A DNA stretch of 64,000 nt, from positions 2,057 to 66,056 of IMG/VR virus record IMGVR_UViG_3300045973_000093. One strand, written 5' to 3'. The position numbers and the translations under genes are program-made. This stretch comes from a virus (lineage: Duplodnaviria; Caudoviricetes). The notes under the pieces are model-generated. The model saw only the letters and a list, made by a program, of their open reading frames with translations. It made no database searches and was not told where the DNA came from. Of the stretch, positions 27,401 through 34,004 are shown in pieces; position 1 is the stretch's first letter, and every line of letters begins with the position of its first letter.

Positions 27401-28220
27401 TACGACCGACGCAGGCGGCATGCTCGCGGCCTACGGTCAGCTCTACAGCTCGCAGTACATGGGTGCAGGTTTCCGCAAGGCCAACGACATGCTGTTCAAG
27501 TACAACGGTATGGAGGGCTTCAACCGTGGCATGCAGGTCGCAGGTACTCGCGCTGCGATCAACTTCATCAAGCGTCACGTGGAGAAGCCCAACGAGCGCA
27601 GCAAGGACTATCTGGCCGAGCTGAACCTCAAGGCTCGCGACGTGAAGATCGACAAAGATGGCGAGCTGGACTACACCGATCCGAAGATTCAGCAGGCGAT
27701 TCATCAGTGGGTAAACGGCTCTGTTATGCGCCCCAACGCAGCACAGCGTCCGGCCTGGGGCAGCGACCCGCACTACATGGTCTTGTGGCACATGAAGCAG
27801 TTCGCTTACACGTTTCACGACGTGATCATGAAGCGTGCCATGCACGACTACAAGAAGTACGGCGACATGGGTCCGGCTGGCGTGCTGGCCGCGACATACG
27901 CACCAATCATGATCGCCAGCGACGCCATGAAGAGCATGCTGGTGACAGGACAAGAACCCGGCTGGATGAAGGCAGGACTGGGTTCTGAGATCGAGCACGG
28001 CGTCATGCGTGCCGGTCTTGCAGGCAAGTTCCAGCCTCTGGCTGACGTGGCCCTCACACCGGGCCGAAGCATGCTGGGTCTGGGTGGTCCGCTCGTAGAG
28101 CAGATCACTCAACTCGCAGATCAAACCCCCCACGACGCGGCTGTGAATGCGCTCCCAGGTGCAAACCTGTGGAACATGCTCGGCGGTCACAACCACATCG
28201 AAGTTCAAGGAGAAGACTGA
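21411..28220 (+). CDS. Very large internal virion (ejectosome/polyvalent) protein with HExxH motifs
   Basis: 2269 aa immediately before lysis genes; AMLHEVAH and GAHESFH motifs; YFPR and FKYNG..G...G motifs common in podophage ejection proteins. Confidence 0.7.
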   Translation: MAVITPLGGNTALTPVTQAPDGYPVENEQGGALNQAARSLKSSLLSGDANSAAHDYFDALSKGDRKKAKQHGLRAQQLMQEASDAAPRVQSLGDVHGAGDAGDWLAAQAGAAPMAVAKPVLGGLAGAAVGAFHGGASGAAVGGTLGGLGAMYPDMRNAAMMEHMQALDGQDPTQTQAQEALNQGSWQAVGQTLPYAIAPEIGAAGRVFGGKAVLPAAKSLTGSLTRGAVLQGGAGAASSEIGHKFQDQYNPNRDKSHDAMANIDAAAGNALIGVPFEAVGHAGQAVHGTLDAGLDLGAKGAKVAGKAAMALGGKGAEAAKQAWDNRPKDLTEAAVRTGEAAADAHTAVEDAFTRFTQRGKDADVDTLLKPQGKDMDQATWRVDTADKHKATSNVVDKISRDPGSYPDFVRQAAEDYANSSKMGESWRPVRDAINDWKRSVDIADSITELSNHVADKGGKLAADVAKAGEAVKDAYQGRRDTRSNAQAPDDKFIPILADAIAPHLGLRTEAVQQRVAPVAARALHDWIAGGMADRDGSIAAPRSLLRLLPKDPINGLSKVIDLMHRQGVIDAVDYKNKAAVLKDAQQQIHTTSKVVGLLKDRLLPTEEATMDPTQRRSLIDAMATGKLDEKTADKWFGPNAGNVLDDLSNMGLYKRQKDIVGTTAEHVPGEEPNTVVERHEYHHYREARGDSPAEPYRRKGFSTPDPETGEMTSHDEHAAARQQKLQDVNKSAVQKVGYLDYLREQYGHDPETLMGHATEFMSRKQDEIMKIKGKGSPDEKANANWYVLRETLAGDRGEATNIDPKEFATLGKTSKWAEQVNHDEYGTIKKGRIWLERKNADGTVSQFATSTHKIIQNMLSRSKAEGGGSEMSGLAGQHRLLMQGLSGLAENEALTGRIGYKLRDNQKEPTWLGKNGKLPPELPMLGNKGTLGAAEKLAHNALKREIVRSTETQERQEAAQVAEQPKPATARDKAAVAATEGAALRASSVVRSGVANAAAFLRNTAKGSIERAALIDGLRTIERTAHRDGLWDKLVPTERGQANDLQARNEMINTIQKRARKLLELFDDATHVGKGAEKQSERASVDLRRSKYPPAETPAGEIEQMSKQKSKTTAPEDGGTEKPRTHDEHTGNRVGEEGRQMQRKDQVASQDAARVFGDAHKDLKFRPLSGAENEAVKQHLDELRDRLGDAMPEIAGVAVTDHNGWAGEAHTPTEGKHYIALSSSVFDDKTPMLGSTEGKVERAMLHEVAHAYDRNDDSISNQSAHFQDSGKFRKEMRDAMARREDLHDWYSYVDGAKDAARELYAQAFTLYHYAPEVMQHEQPEAYKFFKAHDNAVWKPVADGRASEEIRAQAGTETDLRSDTRQSAQDPARAFGNDTQVAASKEEQAKFHEDIARRLGPGMQSALEQNLYGKNAIGKKIPISGEWSQGLIKASVFAKNLGQIGAHESFHEFFNRLKDQPQAAKVMDILNKAADSPYIQRQLERLLDGEMEALKQIKKGAPHYLEERQAYMFQFHQAGLLKIGPETETTFQKIARVFRTITGMLTNDQKADRILRSFDRGEMRGADAAARVLHNNIEARENMYKAVNSALSPALTKLSRVVNTAETNLRANGYDDVRRMFKRSVGESGPQGFLDAKDHQMKQWSNKVAQIFDGLHPKDLELAAPYLHSGERATDPAVMRLNALLKGGKVGGKQVEGLLPAMHKYLNEAGVKLWVPDKLDPTKGSWEPMGHVKNYFPRVLDTSQLVQRGDEFATDLMKHNSAELNKMAASINAETKDKEGFVPTTGEALAKAITNRMIQGFGQADLSETSSAVGFSPFMQAVNRRTLEWLHPEVLKKWGEKDVAKILNSYVAQGVKRAEYVRRFGNGGENLKAALEAKYEDHVQKLVDGGMKKEEAEARALKVAANAAKDVMAMEGTLGYNISNGMRRFQNSAMVYENMRTLSMSLFSQFIDPMNMVVRGSTMGDAWSAYKRGMREVAASIKGEHIKDLDSMIADQVGTTDAGGMLAAYGQLYSSQYMGAGFRKANDMLFKYNGMEGFNRGMQVAGTRAAINFIKRHVEKPNERSKDYLAELNLKARDVKIDKDGELDYTDPKIQQAIHQWVNGSVMRPNAAQRPAWGSDPHYMVLWHMKQFAYTFHDVIMKRAMHDYKKYGDMGPAGVLAATYAPIMIASDAMKSMLVTGQEPGWMKAGLGSEIEHGVMRAGLAGKFQPLADVALTPGRSMLGLGGPLVEQITQLADQTPHDAAVNALPGANLWNMLGGHNHIEVQGED

Positions 28221-28642
28221 TGACGCCGCCGACCCCGACGCCACCGGATGACGGTTTTTTAGAGTTCACGAACAGCGAGTTTCGCGAGCGCCGCAGCGAC
28301 CCGAGTTCGCAGACTTACTACCTGCTGTTTCGCCAGATGGCCGACAAGATTGAAGAGCTGTCGCACGACATCAAGGACGTGAAGGCGAAAGTCAACCTCA
28401 ACCACGCGACGTACATGGAGCACACCGAACGTGCTGTGACCACAGCGCTCAACGCTGCGTTCCCCGAGGGAGACCCGGAGGGGCACCGCAAGCACCACGA
28501 GATCGTGATCGAGCGCGAATCAGAGCGGCTTGCGTTTTGGAAAAAGATGCGCGAGGAGGTGGGTAAGTGGGGCATCACCGGTGTGCTCGGCCTGATCGGC
28601 CTTGCTGTGTGGAAGTTTTTATTGGGAGGACCTGTGAAATGA
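28220..28642 (+). CDS. Membrane-anchored lysis-region protein (holin/antiholin candidate)
   Basis: TGATG-coupled start MTPPTP; C-terminal TM WGITGVLGLIGLAVW. Confidence 0.55.
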   Translation: MTPPTPTPPDDGFLEFTNSEFRERRSDPSSQTYYLLFRQMADKIEELSHDIKDVKAKVNLNHATYMEHTERAVTTALNAAFPEGDPEGHRKHHEIVIERESERLAFWKKMREEVGKWGITGVLGLIGLAVWKFLLGGPVK

Positions 28643-29043
28643 AGATCGAAGTAATCAGACCAGAAACCTGCGGCGCTAGCTGCACCATCGGAGAAATGTA
28701 TGTCGACGGAGTATTCAAGTGCTACACGCTGGAGGACGTTGTTCGCCCAGCGGGTGAGAAAGTTTTTGGGGAGACTGCTATCCCTTTCGGCACCTACCGT
28801 GTCGACATCACTCACTCCCCTCACTTTGATAGAGACCTTCCACTCCTTCTGGAAGTGCCGGACTTCTCCGGGGTCAGAATTCATCCAGGGAACACAGCAG
28901 CCGACACGGAAGGCTGCATCTTGGTCGGACTCGGCAAAACAGAAGACACCATCACCCAGTCAAGACTTGCCTTTGATGGACTGTTCACTGAAATTAGGGA
29001 TGCCATCGAGCATGGTGAAGAAGTCTGGGTCGAGGTGAAATGA
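28639..29043 (+). CDS. Putative endolysin, DUF5675-like (L,D-peptidase fold)
   Basis: TIG.MYVDG.F.CYTLED...TAIP.G.Y...GVRIHPGNT..DTEGCILVG; start MKIEVIR at 28639. Confidence 0.75.
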   Translation: MKIEVIRPETCGASCTIGEMYVDGVFKCYTLEDVVRPAGEKVFGETAIPFGTYRVDITHSPHFDRDLPLLLEVPDFSGVRIHPGNTAADTEGCILVGLGKTEDTITQSRLAFDGLFTEIRDAIEHGEEVWVEVK

Positions 29044-29249
29044 TGTCGATGCTCGACGAAGTCAACCCGCTGGACGTGCGCCTGTCATCCGAGGAAGCGC
29101 TCGCTCTGTATCGAATGATTCAGAAGCGCGAGCAGTACGTCGGTCAAGGGCGCAGTCGTGAGGCCCACGGACTCGGTACTGGGATTCACATCATGTGGCG
29201 CACGCTGACAGGCGAGGTGCCGAAATCAACCATGCTGGGGGACATATGA
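29040..29249 (+). CDS. Hypothetical protein in lysis cassette
   Basis: ATGA overlaps at both ends, SD GAGG. Confidence 0.55.
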   Translation: MMSMLDEVNPLDVRLSSEEALALYRMIQKREQYVGQGRSREAHGLGTGIHIMWRTLTGEVPKSTMLGDI

Positions 29250-29548
29250 GCTACACCGCCTACATCTACGCAGCATGCGTGTTCGTCTTCGCCTTGGTAC
29301 TCATTTACTGGACGCGCAAGCACCCAGAGTTCACGCTGACAGACCTCATCACTGGGGACAACGGCAAGGTCAGCCTGCGCAAGTTCGGCGCTCTGGTCGC
29401 TCTGTTTTCCAGCACGTGGGTGTTCGTCACGTTGACGGAGCAGGGGAAGCTGACCGAGTGGTTCTTCACTGGTTACATAGCGGTGTGGGCTGCGCAGAAG
29501 GTCGTCACCGACGTGGCGGCATCAATGAACAGCGGAGGTAAATCATGA
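29246..29548 (+). CDS. Putative holin (3 hydrophobic segments)
   Basis: MSYTAYIYAACVFVFALVLIYW...GKVSLRKFGALVALFSSTWVFV...WFFTGYIAVW. Confidence 0.6.
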   Translation: MSYTAYIYAACVFVFALVLIYWTRKHPEFTLTDLITGDNGKVSLRKFGALVALFSSTWVFVTLTEQGKLTEWFFTGYIAVWAAQKVVTDVAASMNSGGKS

Positions 29549-30045
29549 ACTTTTTAGGACCGTATAAATATGTGGTGGATTTCTTGGTTATTGCCGTTCT
29601 GGTTGGTGCTGCCGCTCTCGGAGTACACAAGTACAACACGTACCAGCAGGACATTGGAGCTGCCCGAGTTCAGGCCCAGTGGGACAGAGAGAAAGCCGCA
29701 GACGCAGTGGCGAAAGCCCAAATGATTCAGGATCAGAAAGCCAAGGGTGAAGACCTGCAACACGCGATGGACACACAAAGGAGTCAGACAAATGCGCAAA
29801 TCACTTTACTTAATTCTTCTCTTGCCTCTGCTATTACTGGGCTGCGCGAGCGCCCCTCGCGTGATAGTTCAGGCGGTGTGCCCCGCGATCCCGCAACTGG
29901 AGCAGCCGTCGGCGGAACAGGAGCCACTCTTCTCCGACAGGATTCAGAATTTCTTGTCAGGGAAAGTGCCCGCGCAGATAAGCTACGACTTGAACTCGTC
30001 GACTGCCAAGCTGCCTACGGTCGGGCACGCGCCGCAGTAAATTGA
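29545..30045 (+). CDS. Rz: Rz-like inner-membrane spanin
   Basis: N-terminal TM, coiled coil, C-terminal ARAD.LR..L..CQ..Y. Confidence 0.8.
   Translation: MNFLGPYKYVVDFLVIAVLVGAAALGVHKYNTYQQDIGAARVQAQWDREKAADAVAKAQMIQDQKAKGEDLQHAMDTQRSQTNAQITLLNSSLASAITGLRERPSRDSSGGVPRDPATGAAVGGTGATLLRQDSEFLVRESARADKLRLELVDCQAAYGRARAAVN
29792..30040 (+). CDS. Rz1: Rz1-like outer-membrane lipoprotein spanin embedded in Rz
   Basis: SD AAGGAG; MRKSLYLILLLPLLLLGC lipobox; Pro-rich; nested in a shifted frame. Confidence 0.75.
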   Translation: MRKSLYLILLLPLLLLGCASAPRVIVQAVCPAIPQLEQPSAEQEPLFSDRIQNFLSGKVPAQISYDLNSSTAKLPTVGHAPQ

Positions 30046-30078
30046 ACGCAGCCGCATGGCCCATGCAAGGAGAAAATA

Positions 30079-30444
30079 ATGACCGCAAAATGTGCTGAAT
30101 TGGTGATGCGCTGTTTCGAGGCCAGGACTCAGGCCCACGTCGCGCACCTGACGACGAACTCGTATGCAGAACACAAGGCGTTGGACGAGTTCTACAACGG
30201 GATAGTGGATCTGGCCGACAGCTTCGCCGAGGCCGCTCAAGGTCGATACGGACTGTTAAAGTACCCGGCGTCCAGCCCGAAGGTCGGAGACCGCAGCCAC
30301 CCAGAATCGATCCCGACGGAGCTGCGCCAGTGGATCGATGGTCACCGCGACGAATGCACAAAGCACCGCGAGCTGCAGAACCTAATCGACGAGATTCTGC
30401 ACTTATGCGACAGCACGATCTACAAGTTGCAGCAGCTCTCGTAG
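30079..30444 (+). CDS. Ferritin/Dps-like four-helix protein (DUF5856-like)
   Basis: H..HL.T.SYAEHKALDEFY..I.DL.DSF.E..QG.YG ... LQNLIDEI......T.YKL..L. Confidence 0.75.
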   Translation: MTAKCAELVMRCFEARTQAHVAHLTTNSYAEHKALDEFYNGIVDLADSFAEAAQGRYGLLKYPASSPKVGDRSHPESIPTELRQWIDGHRDECTKHRELQNLIDEILHLCDSTIYKLQQLS

Positions 30445-30460
30445 GGTAATTTCTGGGTAA
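30444..30460 (+). repeat. Putative integrase arm-binding repeat (left arm)
   Basis: GGGTAATTTCTGGGTAA; near-identical copy at 30684-30701. Confidence 0.6.
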
Positions 30461-30540
30461 TCGAATGACGTCTACAGGACGTCGTACGAAGTCTCAAAGC
30501 GTCACGCCACTGGTAAACCTAACGTAGTCAACGGCATTTA

Positions 30541-30590
30541 CTGCATTCACACTGCAGGGGTCGCAAGTTCGAAACTTGCACTGCCCACCA
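30541..30590 (+). mobile_element. attP core: 3' 50 bp of tRNA-Val(CAC)
   Basis: Anticodon arm CTGCA-TTCACAC-TGCAG, GGGTC, T-arm GCAAG-TTCGAAA-CTTGC, ACTGCCC-A-CCA; no 5' acceptor strand or D-arm; adjacent to integrase 3' end. Confidence 0.9.
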
Positions 30591-30598
30591 TAACGAAC

Positions 30599-30640
30599 AG
30601 CCCCGAAACCCACTATCCATGCGGGTTTCGGGGCTTTTCT
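30599..30640 (+). terminator. Terminator after attP tRNA fragment, possibly bidirectional
   Basis: AGCCCCGAAACCC...GGGTTTCGGGGCT then TTTCT. Confidence 0.8.
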
Positions 30641-31682
30641 ACTTCTTGGGAGGCTCCACAGATGTCTGCGGTGTTTGACCCTCGGGTAATTTCTGGGGTA
30701 AGACTACATGGGAAAGTTTATCGAGCGCAGCGCGTTGTTCAGCGACCTGCAGATGAGCGTAACGCTGTGTTGTGTTGGTGTGCGCGTGGCCGAGTATGCG
30801 TCCGATGGTGTAGAGGTCAACACCGTGGGCGAGCAGGATGCTGGCGCAGCTATGCCGAAGGTCATGAAAATTAACATGCTCAAGGCTGGCCTTTTCTCTG
30901 GCACGACGCCACGCACTTTTCACGCCCTCGAAGTTGACGCTGACGGGGAAGTACTGCAGCCACGGACGTAGTGCAGGGACGATAGGCACGACACGGGTGC
31001 GCTTCGTCTTCGTTGTCTGTGAGGTTAGGGTGATCGTGTCGTCGCTGATGTAGACGGCCTCCAGCTTGAGCAGCTCACCGCGACGTGCGCCAGTCAAGAG
31101 TGCGGCCCAGATGATGGCCTGAATCTGCGGCGTGCAGTGCTGCGCAATACTACGGACCTGCTCCACGCTGAGAAACACTTCGCGTTTGTTGTTCACTGCC
31201 AAGGGCTTAATCCTCAGTCCGTAGTTCTCAGGAATGAGGTTTTGGTCCCAGGCCAGTGACAAGCCCTTCTTGATTGTTGCGAGCGACCGGTTGATAGTGG
31301 CGGCTGCGTACGCAGGCCGAAGCTCGCCGGTCTTCTCGTCTTTGATTTTCTTGCACATGTCTTTAACCACGTGGGCCGCGAACTCCCGTGCCTCACTCGC
31401 ACGGTACTTCTTCGCCCACGGGACCATGCGCAATGCAGCGTAGTCTTCGCCGTCGTGACTCAGACCGTAGTGCTGCGTGTACAGCTCCACGATCTTCGCC
31501 ATCGGCGGGTCGCCGGGGATGCTCACCTGCTTGGCGTCTTTGCCGACCGCCAGCCGTAGTTGAGCCTCTACGCGCTTGGCATCACCCTGAGTCGCACCTG
31601 CTTTAAGGGTGCGGTGGATGCGCTTGCCTTCGACCATGATCTGGACGTGCAGACGTCCGCGCTCGTCCGAGTAGATAGACAT
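30639..31682 (-). CDS. int: Tyrosine recombinase/integrase
   Basis: LLTGARRGEL, FHDLRHS, ILGH....TQRYAH catalytic motifs; likely start MSIYSD at 31682. Confidence 0.95.
   Translation of the reverse strand: MSIYSDERGRLHVQIMVEGKRIHRTLKAGATQGDAKRVEAQLRLAVGKDAKQVSIPGDPPMAKIVELYTQHYGLSHDGEDYAALRMVPWAKKYRASEAREFAAHVVKDMCKKIKDEKTGELRPAYAAATINRSLATIKKGLSLAWDQNLIPENYGLRIKPLAVNNKREVFLSVEQVRSIAQHCTPQIQAIIWAALLTGARRGELLKLEAVYISDDTITLTSQTTKTKRTRVVPIVPALRPWLQYFPVSVNFEGVKSAWRRAREKASLEHVNFHDLRHSCASILLAHGVDLYTIGRILGHAHTNTTQRYAHLQVAEQRAALDKLSHVVLPQKLPEGQTPQTSVEPPKK
30684..30701 (+). repeat. Putative integrase arm-binding repeat (right arm, inside int 3' end)
   Basis: GGGTAATTTCTGGGGTAA. Confidence 0.6.
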
Positions 31683-31837
31683 TCTCTTGCTCCTAGCCAA
31701 GTTTTGACATCGGCAAGATCGTACCTGTGGGTGCGCACGCCGACACTGAGATACGGGAGTCCCTGCTGCTCAAGGCGGCGTACTGTGGACTCAGAAATGT
31801 TGAGCGCAGCACAGAGCTGCTGTCGAGTGAGATTCAT
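31568..31837 (-). CDS. xis: Excisionase-like HTH protein
   Basis: MNLTRQQLCAALNISESTVRRLEQQGLP...RYDLADVKTWL (MerR-like/Xis HTH); upstream of and overlapping int. Confidence 0.75.
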   Translation of the reverse strand: MNLTRQQLCAALNISESTVRRLEQQGLPYLSVGVRTHRYDLADVKTWLGARECLSTRTSADVCTSRSWSKASASTAPLKQVRLRVMPSA

Positions 31838-32040
31838 ATCAGTCCTATGAGTTTCTCTTTCTCTTTGTTGCGTTTGGGCAGCGGGAGCCACGCGACGTAG
31901 AAACCGTCTTCTGCCCACGGTCCCGTCATGTGGACGCCGCCCCGCGTGAGTAGCTGCACTTTTGCACCCGGACGTGGGGCTGGGTCGCCCGCAGCCGGAT
32001 ACAAATAGACGCCTGCGCTTTCGTCAGCAAGGTATGACAT
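31834..32040 (-). CDS. Hypothetical phage protein
   Basis: P.PGAKVQLLT.GG...G.W....Y.AW.PLP; coupled to xis. Confidence 0.65.
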   Translation of the reverse strand: MSYLADESAGVYLYPAAGDPAPRPGAKVQLLTRGGVHMTGPWAEDGFYVAWLPLPKRNKEKEKLIGLI

Positions 32041-32260
32041 CGCTGCCCTTCGATGCGCGATAGGCCTGGAGTGCGGCCTTGGCGACGACGGCAGGGACCG
32101 AAGCGTGATAACTGATTGACACAGTCACCAGCTCGTCGTCACGTGCGTCATGCACCTTGCGCTGCATATCCCAATCTTCCGCGAAGCAGCGCACCAAGGC
32201 GTCAGCTACGGTGGTCCGCTCGATCAACGTGACGTTGAGGTCTTTAACGCAGTCGGTCAT
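32024..32260 (-). CDS. Hypothetical protein
   Basis: SD AAGGAG, tightly packed. Confidence 0.6.
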   Translation of the reverse strand: MTDCVKDLNVTLIERTTVADALVRCFAEDWDMQRKVHDARDDELVTVSISYHASVPAVVAKAALQAYRASKGSDVIPC

Positions 32261-32393
32261 GCTGGCGCTCCTTTCGTGCCTTCATGAAGTCGTAGACGCC
32301 GACACCCACGACGATGGCAAAGCCCACGGCTGTCACGCTCTTGTTGATCGCAATGGTGGTGCGCGTCAAACCAGTGAGGATTTTCCAAAACAC
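32244..32393 (-). CDS. Small TM protein (not in ORF track)
   Basis: GTG start; MFWKILTGLTRTTIAINKSVTAVGFAIVVGVGVYDFMKARKERQHDRLR*. Confidence 0.5.
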   Translation of the reverse strand: MFWKILTGLTRTTIAINKSVTAVGFAIVVGVGVYDFMKARKERQHDRLR

Positions 32394-32394
32394 G

Positions 32395-32643
32395 TCAGAC
32401 TCCCAGCTTATCAAAGTGCTTGTTCAGTTCTCGCTGTAGCCAGTCGCCAGTGGCCTTCCATGCTTCACCACTGATGAGTGGGGAGCTGATTTCCTCGGGC
32501 GTAGCAGCGGCCACCATGCGGCAGTACGTCTCGATGCCTTGGAGGATGAACGGCTGAACGAGCGCACCTGTGGGGCACCCGTACTGCATGAGGCGGTCGA
32601 GTAGTTGTACGTTGGACTCTGGTTTGTTTGGTGTGAGCTTCAT
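32395..32643 (-). CDS. Hypothetical phage protein
   Basis: SD AGGAGG, 82 aa. Confidence 0.65.
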   Translation of the reverse strand: MKLTPNKPESNVQLLDRLMQYGCPTGALVQPFILQGIETYCRMVAAATPEEISSPLISGEAWKATGDWLQRELNKHFDKLGV

Positions 32644-32651
32644 GGTTCCTC

Positions 32652-32825
32652 CTAATAAATAACAAAGTGCGGCGTACGCAGTTCTGCGACGCCAGGGTCT
32701 TCGATGGGGTCCGCACCACCCGTCTCGATGTTGTCGAAGTCACGCACGATGACTTCAGCGCCTTCGGGTTGTTCGCACCACACGGTCTCAACGATGCCGC
32801 CACGGACTTCAATGAGGATCTTCAT
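32652..32825 (-). CDS. Hypothetical protein (MKILIEVRGG...)
   Basis: ATGA-coupled start at 32825. Confidence 0.6.
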   Translation of the reverse strand: MKILIEVRGGIVETVWCEQPEGAEVIVRDFDNIETGGADPIEDPGVAELRTPHFVIY

Positions 32826-33070
32826 ACGCACTCCTCGCGCTCGTACTGCACGTAGTCGAATACAGTGCAATCGCGGTTGTCCGCTACTTCGAGCGCCCAG
32901 TTCAGTGCGTCGGTGTAGGAATCGAAGTCCGCCGCCCACGTCAAGTCGCCGGGTGTCCCGATGTAGACACCGAAGTAGTCGGCTTCAGATTCTTTGCACT
33001 GAACTACTTCGCCGTCTTCGATGTCCATGCACGGGCGCACCTGCACAAATTCTTCGTGTGGCTCTTTCAC
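32822..33070 (-). CDS. Acidic hypothetical protein
   Basis: D/E-rich 82 aa, coupled. Confidence 0.6.
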   Translation of the reverse strand: MKEPHEEFVQVRPCMDIEDGEVVQCKESEADYFGVYIGTPGDLTWAADFDSYTDALNWALEVADNRDCTVFDYVQYEREECV

Positions 33071-33537
33071 AGCATGTCCCCCGCAGATCCATAGTCTTCG
33101 TCCGTGCCGTGCCCGGCAGAGGCCAGTGCTTCGGCGTCGGCGCTCCCGTCACACGCATCGTGCGGGTCTCCGTACGCAGCCTCAATTCGTTGGTTGCAGT
33201 GGTCGCAAAACAAGTCGATGTCTTCGTAATTGACGTCAGCGGCCACGAGCTTCCAGTCGTCGGCTGCATCGGGGTCAATCGTCAACTTGATGTTTTCGTT
33301 GGCACACACAGGGCACATGACGCCGCTGTCCTTGCAGATATAGAAGAGCGGATAACCACCGGGCCACGCCCAGCTCTCCCACTCCTTGCGTTCGATGCGC
33401 GGCTCGATGAAGCCGTCATCTATGAAGGACTGCACCACGGCTTCGTCAGAGACTTCGACGCGGCAGTAACGGTCGAGTTCCACCCGACCGGAGATCGCAG
33501 CCACTGAGACTACGACACGCAGCTTCGGCGCACTCAC
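33067..33537 (-). CDS. Acidic protein with two CxxC motifs
   Basis: AWPGGYPLFY...CPVC...CDHC; acidic tail. Confidence 0.65.
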   Translation of the reverse strand: MSAPKLRVVVSVAAISGRVELDRYCRVEVSDEAVVQSFIDDGFIEPRIERKEWESWAWPGGYPLFYICKDSGVMCPVCANENIKLTIDPDAADDWKLVAADVNYEDIDLFCDHCNQRIEAAYGDPHDACDGSADAEALASAGHGTDEDYGSAGDML

Positions 33538-33995
33538 GACACGCTCACTTCGAAGGTGAGGTTGCCAGCAGCGTCGCGCACCTTGTCGTCGAGGTTATTG
33601 TCTAACCACGACTCGACAGTAGATTCGATGACGCTGCTGTCGTTGATTGCAGACTCCACGTCGTCTTCGATCAGACTATACAAAGAGCTAGCATCGAGCC
33701 AGTCGTGAATGTCGCGCTTTTCGAAATACTCGCCAACGCGCTCGTCGATCCGCTCGTCGATCTTCTCCCACAGCGTGTCGTCAGGCTTCTCACCGTCAGT
33801 AGCCCTCACGCGTTCGCTGAGGTTGGTGAGACGCTCCACCAGCACAGTGTTGAGTTGGTCGAGCGCGTCCAGGCGCGACATCAAGCCGCTGACGCTCAGA
33901 TTGATGCGTCCCTGCAGCCAGTGCTCAAACGCATCGGCAGCACTCGTAGCGGGTTGTGGTGTTTGGACAGGTATGTCGTTGATTGGGTTGTTCAT
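33534..33995 (-). CDS. Acidic coiled-coil protein
   Basis: SD AGGAGG; D/E-rich C-terminal half. Confidence 0.6.
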   Translation of the reverse strand: MNNPINDIPVQTPQPATSAADAFEHWLQGRINLSVSGLMSRLDALDQLNTVLVERLTNLSERVRATDGEKPDDTLWEKIDERIDERVGEYFEKRDIHDWLDASSLYSLIEDDVESAINDSSVIESTVESWLDNNLDDKVRDAAGNLTFEVSVS

Positions 33996-34004
33996 GGTTT
34001 CCTC

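Noticed and set aside
21411-28220. N4-type virion RNA polymerase
   Set aside because: Much shorter than N4 vRNAP and no recognisable T7-like polymerase motifs; a remote fold cannot be excluded without a search
30515-30590. Complete tRNA-Val gene
   Set aside because: Upstream sequence has no GGGC(A/G)GT acceptor strand or D-arm; only the 3' part is present, so it is called attP
1225-33606. Additional TCTAAC hits inside CDSs (1225, 22584, 26340, 33601)
   Set aside because: They lack the second TCT at +10, so they are not counted as motif copies
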